Assembly: GCA_963738375.1 (NCBI GenBank)
Contig: CAVTWL010000010.1
Location: 212,921-276,920 of the forward strand
DNA: 64,000 nt
Direction of reading: 5' to 3'
Source of the DNA: Bryobacterales bacterium
GTDB taxonomy: Bacteria; Acidobacteriota; Terriglobia; Bryobacterales; Bryobacteraceae
The notes below the pieces were generated by a model. The model ran no database searches, was not told the DNA's origin, and saw only the letters and a list, made by a program, of their open reading frames with translations. The position numbers and the translations under genes were made by a program. Positions 39,947-50,188 of this stretch are shown here, piece after piece; the stretch's first letter is position 1; every line of letters starts with the position of its first letter.

Positions 39947-42100
39947 TTACCCGCCGCCACGCCGCGGCATTACGGCCTTCGCCCGGATATCCTGCGACGA
40001 AGCGCCCACCAGCACCGTGTAACTCCCCGGCTCGACGGCCCAATCGTGGCGCGCCGCGTCGTAATACGAGAAATCCGCCGCCGTCAGGACAAACGAAACG
40101 GTCCTCGTTTCCCTCGGCGCCAGCATCACCCGGGTGAATCCCTTCAGTTCCTTCACCGGCCGGTCCACGGCTCCGTTCGGCGGCTGCAGGTATAACTGGA
40201 CCACCTCCGCGCCCGCCCGCGTACCGCTATTCCGCACCATAACCGTAACCCCTTCCGCCGCGACCTTCAGGTCGCTATACGCGAACGAGGTGTACGAAAG
40301 CCCGTGCCCAAACGGAAACAACGGCTCGATACCGCGCTGGTCGAATCCGCGATATCCCACATAAATCCCCTCCGCATAAGTCACGTGCAGTTTCTCGCCC
40401 GGATAGCTCGCGTATGCCGGCGAATCGGCCAGCGCCTTCGGAAACGTCACTGGCAGTTTGCCCGATGGATTCACTGCGCCGAACAGCACATCCCCGATCG
40501 CATGCCCCATCTCCTGCCCCGCGTACCACGCATACACCACCGCCGAAACCCGCCCGATCCAACGCGACATCGTCACCGGCGCACCCGCTACCACCACCAC
40601 AACAGTATTCTTGTTCGCCCCGGCAACGGCCTCGATCAACTCATCCTGACCCGCCGGCAGATCCATCGACTTGCGGTCGGACCCCTCTCCTTCCAGTTTC
40701 GGCGCATACCCCACCACCACGATCGCCACATCCGAATGCCGCGCCACCGTCACCGCTTCCTCGCGCAACTCCGCCGCCGGCTTGGGCCCATCTTCGCCTT
40801 CCATCACCACGCCCAGCGCATGCACGACGTCGCCGCGCGGCCCCGCCGCCTCGCGAATCCCCTCGAGCGGAGTCACCGCGTACTTCGGCTTCACCAGCGA
40901 ACTGCCGCCGCCGCCCGTCCGCGCCACCGCCGCGTTAGGACCAATTACCGCGATCTTCGGCGTCCTTCCCGCATTCATCGGCAGCACCCCGGTATTCTTC
41001 AGCAGCACCATGCTCTCATTGGCCGCCTCCCGCGCTACCAGGCGCTGCTCGGAAGTATCCACTTCGCCGCCCGCCTCATGCTGACGGTCGAACAGCCTTG
41101 CCGTAAACATCACGCGCAAAATGCGCCGCGCGCCTTCGTCGACCACTTCCTGCTTCACCGCGCCCGCTGCAACCGCCGCCAGCACCTTGTCCGCCGTGAG
41201 CCACCCCGCGCCATTGCCATCGCGCTGCGTCTCCGGCTTGTTCAGCCAGTCCCGCATGCGCTGCCCGCCGGGCATCTCCAAATCCATGCCCGCATGGATC
41301 GTCGCAGCGGTGCTATAAGTGCTCCCCCAATCCGAAATGACAAACCCCCGAAAGCCCCACCGCTTGCGCAGCGTGTCCGTCAGCAGGAACGGATTCTCCG
41401 CGCACCACAGCCCGTTCACCTTGTTGTATGCCGACATCACCACCCATGCGCCCGCTTCCTGCACCGCCGCCTTGAATGCCGGAAAGTAGATCTCGTGCAG
41501 CGTCCGCTCGTCGATGGTCTCGTCAATGCGATGCCGCTCGTACTCCTCGTTGTTGGCCGCGAAATGCTTCACCGACGGAATCACCCCTTCCGCCTGCACA
41601 GCCTTGATGTAAGCCACGGCCATGCGCGCCGCCAGAAAGGGATCTTCGCCGTACCCTTCGAAATTGCGCCCCCACAGCGGAGTCCGGTTGATGTTCACCG
41701 TCGGCCCAAGGATCATATCGCGCCCGTGCGCCTTCACTTCCTGCGCCACCACCCGCGCCCCGCGCGCCACCAATTCCGGATCCCAACTCGATGCCATCGC
41801 GATCCCCGACGGCATCGCCGTCGAAAGCACCTGTGGCGTCGCAGCCGCATTCGTCACCGCCGACGATCCCCGCCAGTTCCGCACACCCAGAGGACCGTCC
41901 GCCATCTTGATCGCCGGTATCCCCAGGCGCTCGTTGGGCTGGCTCTCCATCCAGCCCGAACCGCTCAACATCGCGGCTTTCTCTTCCGCAGTCATGCGCC
42001 CAAGCAAATCGCTGACCCGGGCCTCCACATCAAGCGCCGGATTCTTGTACGGTTGAGCAACCGCGGCCATCGCCGTCAACAACAGCAGAAGAAATCTCAT
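39947..42100 (-). CDS. secreted glycoside hydrolase family 3 beta-glucosidase
   Basis: Intact 717 aa with a signal peptide. GH3 N- and C-terminal domains ('GFRGFVISDWGS') plus a fibronectin-like C-terminal domain. Confidence 0.9.
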   Translation of the reverse strand: MRFLLLLLTAMAAVAQPYKNPALDVEARVSDLLGRMTAEEKAAMLSGSGWMESQPNERLGIPAIKMADGPLGVRNWRGSSAVTNAAATPQVLSTAMPSGIAMASSWDPELVARGARVVAQEVKAHGRDMILGPTVNINRTPLWGRNFEGYGEDPFLAARMAVAYIKAVQAEGVIPSVKHFAANNEEYERHRIDETIDERTLHEIYFPAFKAAVQEAGAWVVMSAYNKVNGLWCAENPFLLTDTLRKRWGFRGFVISDWGSTYSTAATIHAGMDLEMPGGQRMRDWLNKPETQRDGNGAGWLTADKVLAAVAAGAVKQEVVDEGARRILRVMFTARLFDRQHEAGGEVDTSEQRLVAREAANESMVLLKNTGVLPMNAGRTPKIAVIGPNAAVARTGGGGSSLVKPKYAVTPLEGIREAAGPRGDVVHALGVVMEGEDGPKPAAELREEAVTVARHSDVAIVVVGYAPKLEGEGSDRKSMDLPAGQDELIEAVAGANKNTVVVVVAGAPVTMSRWIGRVSAVVYAWYAGQEMGHAIGDVLFGAVNPSGKLPVTFPKALADSPAYASYPGEKLHVTYAEGIYVGYRGFDQRGIEPLFPFGHGLSYTSFAYSDLKVAAEGVTVMVRNSGTRAGAEVVQLYLQPPNGAVDRPVKELKGFTRVMLAPRETRTVSFVLTAADFSYYDAARHDWAVEPGSYTVLVGASSQDIRAKAVMPRRGGG

Positions 42101-42102
42101 AG

Positions 42103-43194
42103 TTAGAATACCGTCCGGTGATGCGTCTCCGCTTTCGTCGCCAACGAATATCGCGGCTCGATCGCGCCCCCATTCACGATCCGCTCCGCGGCATACTCGC
42201 CCACCGCCGGACCATGCTTAAATCCGTGCCCCGAGCCTCCGCCGACGATCCACACACTGCCGCGTTCCGGATGCCGGTCGATGATAAAGTCGCCGTTCGA
42301 CGTGTTCTCATATTGGCAAACGCGCGCCTCCAAAAGCGGAGCATTCCGCAACGCCGGCATCCGCGCGCTCAGCACCTCCCGCGCCGTCGCCAGGGCTTCT
42401 GCTGACGGCACGCGATCCATCGTATCCGGATCGACGCGTGGCCCATGTTGATCGAGCGCAATCTTCACGCCCCGGTTTTCCAAGTCCGGGAATCCATACG
42501 GTCCGCGCGCATCGCTGAAGTCGATCCACAGCGGCATTGCCGGGGCCGTGAACCGCGCATCGCCTGGCGGCGCACCGAAGAAGTACGCTTCCTGCCGCGT
42601 CACTTCGATTCGCTTACCCAGCAATTCCGGGAACACTTTCGGCAGCCACGGCCCGCACGCATACACAAACACGGCCGCTTCCCGCGGCGCCTCGCGCTTC
42701 AGGTCTACGCCGCTGCGCCCGGCTTCCGCCGCCACCGCCTGCACCGCGCGCCGCGCCATCAGCGCCCCGCTCTCCGCCTCGAAGATGCCCCACGCATCGT
42801 CCGCGCACTCCATCTGCGGATACCGCGCTTTCATCTCCGCTGCGTCAAGTATCTCGAACTTTACGCCGCATCGCGCCAGCGTTTCCCGTGTGGCTTCCGT
42901 ATATGAATCGCCGCGGCTGGCGGTCCACAACACGCCGGTCTCATGAAAGATCCGCTCGCCCGTGCGAGCGCAAAACTCCTTCCAAAGCACCAGCGACCGC
43001 ATTGCGGAATGCGTATAGATTTCGTCCGCGCCATAGCCCATGCGGATGATGCGCGATTCGCCGCCGGAACTGGCGCGCGAATTAGCAGGTGCGTAGATGT
43101 CGGCCAGCGCCACGCGTAGCCCCAGCCGCCTCAGATGGTATGCCGTCCACGTGCCGAATACACCGGCCCCGATTACGGCTGCATCGTAGTTCAT
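42103..43194 (-). CDS. FAD-dependent oxidoreductase (DAO / sarcosine-oxidase-like)
   Basis: 'YDAAVIGAGVFGTWTAYHL' dinucleotide-binding motif. 363 aa, intact. Confidence 0.85.
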   Translation of the reverse strand: MNYDAAVIGAGVFGTWTAYHLRRLGLRVALADIYAPANSRASSGGESRIIRMGYGADEIYTHSAMRSLVLWKEFCARTGERIFHETGVLWTASRGDSYTEATRETLARCGVKFEILDAAEMKARYPQMECADDAWGIFEAESGALMARRAVQAVAAEAGRSGVDLKREAPREAAVFVYACGPWLPKVFPELLGKRIEVTRQEAYFFGAPPGDARFTAPAMPLWIDFSDARGPYGFPDLENRGVKIALDQHGPRVDPDTMDRVPSAEALATAREVLSARMPALRNAPLLEARVCQYENTSNGDFIIDRHPERGSVWIVGGGSGHGFKHGPAVGEYAAERIVNGGAIEPRYSLATKAETHHRTVF

Positions 43195-43208
43195 CTTGCC
43201 GAATTATT

Positions 43209-43985
43209 CTAATCGACGGCGGCGTGGCCGCGCGGCAGCAGCAGCCGGAAGCATCCCAGCACCGCGAGCATCAACACCAGGCACGCGACGATACCCGGAT
43301 TGAATGCTAGATCGGTTTCCAGTTCGCGCAGCAGATTGCCCCACGACGGCAGTGGATCCGCCACGCCCAGCCCGAGTAATCCAAGATTCGCCTCGCTCAA
43401 GATGAACAGCGGAATGGATGTCCAAAACTGTGCCAGCAGCACCGGTTTCAAATTCGGCGCCAGCTGCCGCGCCAGCAGGCGGAACCCCCGGCAGCCGCAA
43501 GCCTGCGCGTGCAGCATGAAATCGGAGTTGCGCATGTCTCGCACCCCCGCGCGAACCACGCGCGCCGGCGCCGCCCAGCCCAGTGCGCCCAATAGCGCGA
43601 ACGTGACCAGAATGGAAGCCGATGGGGAGACGTTCAGCGGCAGAATGGCGCGCGCCGCAATCAACAGAAAGATCCATGGCAGTGAAAGCATCAGGTCGAC
43701 GCCGCGCGTAACGATGCGGTCGACCAATCCTCCGCAATAGCCCGCCAGCCCGCCGATTACAGCCGCCAGCGCCGTCGAAAGAATCGCGGCCGCGGGAGCC
43801 AATAGCAGTGAGATTCGGGTCGCCGCCAAAAGCCGCGACAATCGGTCGCGTCCCAAAGCATCGGTTCCCAAAAGGAATCGACTCGACACATGCGCGCCTG
43901 GAAACTCTCGGAACTGATGCGCGTACGACGAGCCTGCGATCTGGTCCGCGAATAGCGACGCCACGAACAACGCCGCCAGGAACAC
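43209..43985 (-). CDS. ABC transporter permease (DppC/OppC-like)
   Basis: 'LGTDALGRDRLSRLL' and the EAA-like loop '..NSDFMLHAQACGCRGFRLLARQLAPN'. The annotated GTG start may be too far downstream ('LKKLRQFAWV' is in frame upstream without a canonical start). Confidence 0.75.
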   Translation of the reverse strand: MFLAALFVASLFADQIAGSSYAHQFREFPGAHVSSRFLLGTDALGRDRLSRLLAATRISLLLAPAAAILSTALAAVIGGLAGYCGGLVDRIVTRGVDLMLSLPWIFLLIAARAILPLNVSPSASILVTFALLGALGWAAPARVVRAGVRDMRNSDFMLHAQACGCRGFRLLARQLAPNLKPVLLAQFWTSIPLFILSEANLGLLGLGVADPLPSWGNLLRELETDLAFNPGIVACLVLMLAVLGCFRLLLPRGHAAVD

Positions 43986-44008
43986 CCATGCGAATTGGCG
44001 CAGTTTCT

Positions 44009-44878
44009 TCAGGCGCCCACCTCGCTCTTACTCTTAACGAACACATCGCCCAGCCCGTTCGCCACCTGGGTCGCCAGCGCCACAAACATCGTCAGCGTCA
44101 CCAGCAACGGCAGGTCGCGCGCCAGCGCCGCCTTCCACGCGAGTTGCCCAATGCCCGGCAGATCGCAAACTACCTCAACGGCCACCGCCGCGCCGAATGC
44201 CATGCTCACCGAAACGCCGGCCAGCGCCAGTGCCTGAGGCGCCGCCACCGGAATGATGTGGTACAACAAGATCCGCGACGTGGCGATTCCTCGCGCGCGC
44301 GCCGCCATCACATGCGGCAACTCTGCGGCATGCGACAAAACATTCTGTAAGTATTGAAAGACCTTCGGAAAGACCGCCAAAGCCATCACCGCGCGCACCG
44401 GACCGCCGTGCACGAATATCAACAGTGCCAGCGCGGCCGAAGGCAGGCACAAAAGCAGTCCGCTGGTGCCTGCTCCCAGCGCCACCCATATCCGGCTGCG
44501 CCACACGGCTGCCGGCAACGCAAAAGCCAGCGCCAAAGCCCATCCGCCAATCAGGCCAACCGCCATCAACTGCCCAGTCACCGGCCAGCGCTCGCGTAAC
44601 AAACCGGCCACGGGGCGGTTCCAGTTTCGCGAACTCCCCAAATCCCCGCGAAATATCGCCGCGGTATGCTCCACCGCGTACCTGGGCAAATTCCCTTGCT
44701 CCGGCCGCGCCGCCTCTATAGCCCTCAAAGCCGCCGCATCGCGCGTCGCATCCAATTCGTGTTCGTCGACGCCAAATCCCGGACTCAGCCGGATCATCGC
44801 CGCTGTCAAAAAACCGCCCGCCACCACCGTCACCAGCAGCGACGCCAGCAGGCCCGCGAAGTGTTTCAAAACCCGCAT
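44009..44878 (-). CDS. ABC transporter permease (DppB/OppB-like)
   Basis: 289 aa with 6 predicted TM segments and 'VMAARARGIATSRILLYHIIP'. The start overlaps the stop of the upstream GGDEF gene (ATGA). Confidence 0.8.
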   Translation of the reverse strand: MRVLKHFAGLLASLLVTVVAGGFLTAAMIRLSPGFGVDEHELDATRDAAALRAIEAARPEQGNLPRYAVEHTAAIFRGDLGSSRNWNRPVAGLLRERWPVTGQLMAVGLIGGWALALAFALPAAVWRSRIWVALGAGTSGLLLCLPSAALALLIFVHGGPVRAVMALAVFPKVFQYLQNVLSHAAELPHVMAARARGIATSRILLYHIIPVAAPQALALAGVSVSMAFGAAVAVEVVCDLPGIGQLAWKAALARDLPLLVTLTMFVALATQVANGLGDVFVKSKSEVGA

Positions 44879-47316
44879 CAGTTTACCGCATTCACGCGTT
44901 CGGAACTCTCCAATGCATTTGACAGCAAGTGTATCCCGTTCGCCCGTCCCGCTTTGTTCGAATGCTTCGCCTTGTACATCCGCCGGTCCGCCTCCGCCAG
45001 CAATTGTTCGGCATCCGATCCGTCATCGGGATAAAACGCTTCGCCCACGCTCAGGTTCACCACACCCGCGCTCAGCATTCCCGCCGCGCTGCACGCAATG
45101 CTTCTGAATTCCGCTACTCGCTTGTTCACCGCATCGCGGTCGCTGCCCGGCATCAGAATTACGAATTCATCGCCGCCCATGCGCGCGACATAATCGTACT
45201 CCCGGCAATTCTCGCGCAGTACATCGGCCACGTACCGCAAAACCTTGTTGCCTTCCAAATGTCCAAACCTGTCGTTCACCAACTTAAATCCATCCAGATC
45301 GCACACCAGCACCGTCATTGGCTCCATCGTGCGGCGGCAGCGCGCCAATTCGCTGTCCAACCGCAAGAATAACGACCTCGCATTCGGCAGCATGGTCAGA
45401 TAATCGGTGGTCGCGGAATCCTCGGCCAGTTGGAATCGAAGCGCGTTCTCAATGGCCATCGAGACCTTCGAAGTGATCGCCAACAGGATGCGCAGGTGGT
45501 CGCGCGAAAACGCATTCTGATCCGACCGGTAAAGCGTCAACGCCCCGATCACGCCATTCACGCCTTCGAGCGGCACTGCCAACGCCGACCGCAGCGTGCT
45601 GTATTTCGCTGGATCGTTCAGATATCCACCTTCCACCGACGGGTTGCCATTGAGCACGCTCTTGCGGTTCTCCGCCACCCAACCGGACAATCCTTCGCCG
45701 AGTGGAATTTCCAGCGACGAAAACAGCCGGTAATTCTCCCCATTCACATAATGAGGCACCAGCACCTTACCGCGGCTCACGTAAACGGCAATGGCATCGT
45801 ACGGCACCATCTTCTTCAACCGCATCGAAACCACCGATAGAGTCTCGTCCAGGCTAAGCGAATTGCCCAAGTCCTGCGTCAACTCGAACAACAGTTGTAC
45901 TTCCTGCCGAGCCGCCGCGATCGAAGCCAGGAAATCTCCCTCGCGGTTCGACCCGGCTGGTTGTGACACCTCAAATCCAGCCGCCGGCTCCAGCCCATTC
46001 ACGATTTTCAAATCGGTCGATAGCTTGGTATCGGGCAGCGGTTGCGACTGCGCCATCTGCTCGAGTTCACGATAGCGGCGCGCCAGCACCTCCACCACTT
46101 TAGGATCGAGGGCCGTACCCGCCAGCGAGATCACTTGTTGCATGGCCTGATCCAGCGGCAGCGCCCGCCTGTATTGCCGGTCCGCCGCCAGCGCATCCAG
46201 GCAATCGACCGCGGCCAGCACGCGGGCGCCTAAAGGGATGGCCTCACCCTTCAGCCCATCGGGATAGCCCGAACCGTCCCACCGTTCATGATGAGACCGC
46301 ACGAGCGGCACAACAGGATATGGGAATGAGACGCGTTCCAGGATCTCCGCTCCCACCACCGGGTGGATCTTCATCTTCTCGAATTCTTCCGGCGTCAAAC
46401 GCCCTGGCTTCGAAATGATGTGTTCGGGCACCGCCAGCTTGCCGATATCGTGCAGCAATGCCGCCGCCCGCAGCGCTTCCAGTTCGGGCTCCGGCAACCC
46501 CATATCTTTCCCGATCTCCACTGCGTAAACACGCACCCGGCGTAAGTGTTCGTGAGTGGTGTGATCCTTAGCTTCAATCGCCAGCGCCAGCGCTTCAATC
46601 GTGCGCAGGTGTAATCCAGCCATCTCTTCTACGTGCCGTTTCTCATCGCGCAACCGATCCAGGTACATCCTGTATGAGCGGTGGATGAAGTAGATGATCG
46701 GTAACAACAACACCGATCCCTGCCAGTGAACTTGCCGGCTGAATAAGTTGATGATCCAGGCGATCGACGAGCCGAGTATATAAAAAGGAAAGGACCAGAA
46801 ATACGCCCCGTGCCAGACTGTGCCGAAACGTTTATGTTCTGTAAGTGCAATGGCCGCCGCAATGGGCAAGGTATTCAGCGCGAAACAGAGCAGAGCCGCA
46901 ACCACCAGCAGGAAAGGCCCCGCCGATCCAAACGAATAAATCGTGGGCCAGTGATAAAACCGGTAAGCGGCTGCCACCGCCATCGCAGTGGTGGCGATGT
47001 TAAAGGCGACCTGGAGCGGCCGTGGACGCTGCCGTGCTTTCCACAAGCACTGTACCAGCGTTCCCAAGCAGCTGATCACGATAGTCTCGGGGAGGGACAT
47101 CTCCGCAATCCCGATCAGGCTGAAGAGGAAGCAAATCGACATCGTCCCCGGTATTCCGGGCAGATTCACCTTCATGCCGGACGCCAGGGTGGACAGGATC
47201 AGGTAAAAGCAAAAGCGGGCGATGTCTTCCGTTCGCCAAGGGTAAGAAGAGGCGGCGATGGTGGCCGCGCCGGCCGCCAGGGTAACGGCAACAAGCATTC
47301 TGGCTTTCAACGGCAT
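44878..47316 (-). CDS. membrane-bound HD-GYP / GAF / GGDEF multidomain c-di-GMP signalling protein
   Basis: Intact 812 aa. It has an N-terminal polytopic domain and an HD-GYP domain ('HEHLRRV..AALLHDIGKLAVP..HHERWDGSGYPDGL'). It also has a GAF region ('GLSGWVAENRKS') and a GGDEF domain ('VCDLDGFKLVNDRFGHLEGNKVL..ARMGGDEFVILM'). Confidence 0.9.
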   Translation of the reverse strand: MPLKARMLVAVTLAAGAATIAASSYPWRTEDIARFCFYLILSTLASGMKVNLPGIPGTMSICFLFSLIGIAEMSLPETIVISCLGTLVQCLWKARQRPRPLQVAFNIATTAMAVAAAYRFYHWPTIYSFGSAGPFLLVVAALLCFALNTLPIAAAIALTEHKRFGTVWHGAYFWSFPFYILGSSIAWIINLFSRQVHWQGSVLLLPIIYFIHRSYRMYLDRLRDEKRHVEEMAGLHLRTIEALALAIEAKDHTTHEHLRRVRVYAVEIGKDMGLPEPELEALRAAALLHDIGKLAVPEHIISKPGRLTPEEFEKMKIHPVVGAEILERVSFPYPVVPLVRSHHERWDGSGYPDGLKGEAIPLGARVLAAVDCLDALAADRQYRRALPLDQAMQQVISLAGTALDPKVVEVLARRYRELEQMAQSQPLPDTKLSTDLKIVNGLEPAAGFEVSQPAGSNREGDFLASIAAARQEVQLLFELTQDLGNSLSLDETLSVVSMRLKKMVPYDAIAVYVSRGKVLVPHYVNGENYRLFSSLEIPLGEGLSGWVAENRKSVLNGNPSVEGGYLNDPAKYSTLRSALAVPLEGVNGVIGALTLYRSDQNAFSRDHLRILLAITSKVSMAIENALRFQLAEDSATTDYLTMLPNARSLFLRLDSELARCRRTMEPMTVLVCDLDGFKLVNDRFGHLEGNKVLRYVADVLRENCREYDYVARMGGDEFVILMPGSDRDAVNKRVAEFRSIACSAAGMLSAGVVNLSVGEAFYPDDGSDAEQLLAEADRRMYKAKHSNKAGRANGIHLLSNALESSERVNAVN

Positions 47317-47636
47317 CGGCGGTTACTCCACGTTAGCGCGCGCAACATGCGTTTTGGCGGATGAGCGCCGCCTTCCGCGATGCAGTTACCCATCGGCCGA
47401 CACAGCCTATCAACGAAGGTAGTAGTATCCCCCATAGAATTAGATTGCGCGAAGCCGACGGCTACCATATAGTTATAATGTGTCGTAAATAGCCGACTTA
47501 CAAGGGTTACTTAAAGACTACGAAGTACTTGCCGTACCACGGTTTATTTAATTCCATACGGCGCCTGGCAATGGATAGTATGTCGCAATTATCCAACGTT
47601 AACTAACTCGATGCCGGCTGGGGAGAATCGAAACAC

Positions 47637-48983
47637 ATGTCAACTGGGTTTACCGCTGGAACACCCGATCCGGGAGTGTTGGCGACGCTCTTAGCTTCGG
47701 ATCGAAACGGGGAATACGTAGGCCGCGACAGGATCCGCCGCTTCGTGCCGGACGCACCCAACACTCAGGAACAGTCCGGTCTAAGCTCGGCCCTAATTGA
47801 AGATCTTTTCCTGCGCCATGTTCATCTGAAGCGATGCAATACCATCGGCGCCGCCAGCGAATCGATGGCGCTCGCTTATCCGATTGTCGACAAAGTATTC
47901 CGCGACGTTCGCAATCAGCGTTTGCTCGAAGTAAGCGGCATGATCGGCGACGATTACATTTTCAACCTCACCAACGCCGGACGCACCGTCGCCGCGGAAC
48001 GGTGCCGCATGTGCCAGTATGCGGGTCCGGCTCCAGTTAGCCTGGCGGACTATCAGAAAGCGATCCTCGATCAACGTCCGCAGGTTGCGGTCAATCGAGC
48101 GGCGCTGCGCCTCGCCTTCGGGGATCTGGTCGTAACTGATCGCCTGCTCGATCAACTCGGCCCCGCGCTGGTAGCGCAGAATTCCATGTTCCTGTACGGC
48201 CCGGCAGGCACGGGTAAAACCAGTCTGGCGGAACGCCTGCTGCGCGTCTACGGCGATCAACTCGCCATGCCCTATGCCGTCGAGGTGGACAATCAGATCA
48301 TCGTCCTTTTCGACCCCGCGGTCCACGAGCGCGTACATGTTGAACTCGACAACGCAGACCCGCGCTGGGTCATTTGTCATCGTCCCTGCGTCATCGTGGG
48401 CGGCGAACTGATCCCCAGCATGCTTGAACTGCGCCGCGATGAGTCCTCCGGAACTTATGCTCCGCCCGTCCAAATGAAAGCCAACGGCGGCATGCTGGTC
48501 ATCGACGACTTCGGCCGGCAGTTAATCTCGCCCCGCGACTTGCTCAATCGCTGGATCGTGCCGCTCGACCGCCGCGTCGACTATCTTTCCTTGAATTACG
48601 GCGTCCGCTTCCAGATTCCCTTTGAAACGATGATCGTTTTCGCCACCAACCTGGAGCCGAGCGAACTCGCCGACGAAGCCTTCCTGCGCCGTATTCCGAA
48701 CAAGATCCTGGTGGACGCCATCGCCCCAGATGTCTTCGACGAGATCTTCCGCCGTGTCATGGCGAGCTTTAAGATGACTGCTGAAGAAGGCGCCTGCGAG
48801 CATCTGCGCAAACTGTGCATTCAACGCGGCGGCGACCTTCGGCCTTGTTATCCGCGAGATATGTGCCGTATTATCCGTGCCTTGAAAACCTACGAAGAGC
48901 AACCCTTGGGCGTACAGTGTGGGGACTTGGACCGCGCCGTGGAACTATTCTTTGGCGGCATGCAAGCCGGGCACTCGAACTAG
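47637..48983 (+). CDS. AAA+ ATPase with N-terminal winged-helix-like domain (unassigned family)
   Basis: 448 aa with Walker A 'LYGPAGTGKTSLAERL' and Walker B 'MLVIDDFGRQ'. 'LLNRWIVPLDRRVDYLSL' and 'FATNLEPSELADEAFLRRIPNKI' are also present. Confidence 0.75.
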   Translation: MSTGFTAGTPDPGVLATLLASDRNGEYVGRDRIRRFVPDAPNTQEQSGLSSALIEDLFLRHVHLKRCNTIGAASESMALAYPIVDKVFRDVRNQRLLEVSGMIGDDYIFNLTNAGRTVAAERCRMCQYAGPAPVSLADYQKAILDQRPQVAVNRAALRLAFGDLVVTDRLLDQLGPALVAQNSMFLYGPAGTGKTSLAERLLRVYGDQLAMPYAVEVDNQIIVLFDPAVHERVHVELDNADPRWVICHRPCVIVGGELIPSMLELRRDESSGTYAPPVQMKANGGMLVIDDFGRQLISPRDLLNRWIVPLDRRVDYLSLNYGVRFQIPFETMIVFATNLEPSELADEAFLRRIPNKILVDAIAPDVFDEIFRRVMASFKMTAEEGACEHLRKLCIQRGGDLRPCYPRDMCRIIRALKTYEEQPLGVQCGDLDRAVELFFGGMQAGHSN

Positions 48984-49025
48984 CAGCTGCTCTACGCTTG
49001 ATCCGGCGATACAAAGAGGAGATAG

Positions 49026-49382
49026 ATGCGACTCCAGCACAACCAAGACATCCGCACCGGGGAAAGGCGCCCGTTTCAAGGCACCCTTCAAGTTTCCTGG
49101 CTGGCCCGTACGGGAGAAACCAAAACCATCAGAGCGAAGTGCCTCGACATCTCCGAACTCGGCGCCAGGATTGAATGCGAACAACCCATCGAGTTTCGCA
49201 CACAAGTGTATGTGCAAGCGCCCGGCCATGGCCTGATGGGCAACGCCACCGTTCGCTATTGCCGCCGCACTGGGATTAAGCACAACATTGGTTTAATGTT
49301 CAATCTGGTAGCCAGCGAAGCGGAGACCGGCAGAAAGCGTCTCAACCAGAAATCGGATCACGGAGAACTTGGAAAGTCATGA
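49026..49382 (+). CDS. PilZ-domain protein (c-di-GMP receptor candidate)
   Basis: 'RTGERRPF' (RxxxR) and 'LDISELGARIE' (DxSxxG). 118 aa. Confidence 0.8.
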   Translation: MRLQHNQDIRTGERRPFQGTLQVSWLARTGETKTIRAKCLDISELGARIECEQPIEFRTQVYVQAPGHGLMGNATVRYCRRTGIKHNIGLMFNLVASEAETGRKRLNQKSDHGELGKS

Positions 49383-49657
49383 GTGTGGAGCGAAGTATTC
49401 GTTTGATGACGCCGCAGGAAAAGCAGGCGAAACGGGAGTGGGGCACCGGCGCGTGCCAGGCTAGCGCATGTACGACGCGTGCCGCGTATCTGGTTCTGGA
49501 GACCTCGCCGGACGCGCCAAACGCAGACTGGTGGCAATATTGTTGCGCCCGACATGCACGAAACTTCGCAGAGAGGCACGGGCTCGAAGTTCCCGCCGCG
49601 CCAGGCCGTGGCGCAGCGCGCGCCACGGTGGCGGCGGAGCCTCTTTCAGCCCTGTAA
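49379..49657 (+). CDS. small Cys-containing hypothetical protein
   Basis: The ATG overlaps the PilZ stop (ATGA). 92 aa with no recognisable domain. The 3' end overlaps the convergent SpoU gene by 12 nt. Confidence 0.4.
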   Translation: MSVERSIRLMTPQEKQAKREWGTGACQASACTTRAAYLVLETSPDAPNADWWQYCCARHARNFAERHGLEVPAAPGRGAARATVAAEPLSAL

Positions 49658-50173
49658 CTCGCGAAATTTCCGCAGCAGTTCATAGATCGCCACACCGCCT
49701 GCCGTCGCGACGTTCAATGAATGCTTGATTCCCAACATCGGAATGCGCACATGAGTGTCGCACGCCTCCGAAATTTCCGGACGGATCCCATCCACTTCAT
49801 GCCCAAAGATCAGGCAGACCGGAAAGCGCGGCCTCCAGTCAAACAGATCCACCGCATGCACGGTCGTCTCTATTGCGACAATCTCGATGCCTCGTCCGCG
49901 CATGCCGCCAATAAACCGCAAGGGATCGGCCGCGTGTTCCCACGGCACACGTTCCTCCGCGCCTAACGCGGTCTTGGTAATCGCCCGTTTTGGCGGATGG
50001 CTGGTGATCCCGCACAGATACAGCTTTTCAACGCCAGCCGCGTCCGACGTCCGGAAAAATGCGCCGACGTTGTACATGCTGCGGACGTTGTCGAGTAGGA
50101 TCGATACCGGCAAGGGGCGGAGACGCTCATAAGCGGCAGCGCCCTGCGTGGCTTGAAAGGGAATGCGCTCCAT
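49646..50173 (-). CDS. SpoU/TrmH-family RNA 2'-O-methyltransferase
   Basis: 'LLDNVRSMYNVGAFFRTSDAAG', 'LIFGHEVDGI' and 'VRIPMLGIKHSLNVATAGGVAIYE'. Confidence 0.85.
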   Translation of the reverse strand: MERIPFQATQGAAAYERLRPLPVSILLDNVRSMYNVGAFFRTSDAAGVEKLYLCGITSHPPKRAITKTALGAEERVPWEHAADPLRFIGGMRGRGIEIVAIETTVHAVDLFDWRPRFPVCLIFGHEVDGIRPEISEACDTHVRIPMLGIKHSLNVATAGGVAIYELLRKFRELQG

Positions 50174-50188
50174 ATGCCGTGTGCGTCC

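Noticed and set aside
39783-39947. 54-aa ORF overlapping the GH3 stop codon (TAATG) on the minus strand.
   Set aside because: There is no motif, the composition is unremarkable and there is no independent support. It was too weak to list as a feature.
47560-47590. Sigma-54 promoter ('CTGGCAATGG...GTCGCA') upstream of the AAA+ ATPase gene.
   Set aside because: The GG-to-GC spacing is about 18 nt instead of the required 12, so it does not fit the -24/-12 consensus.
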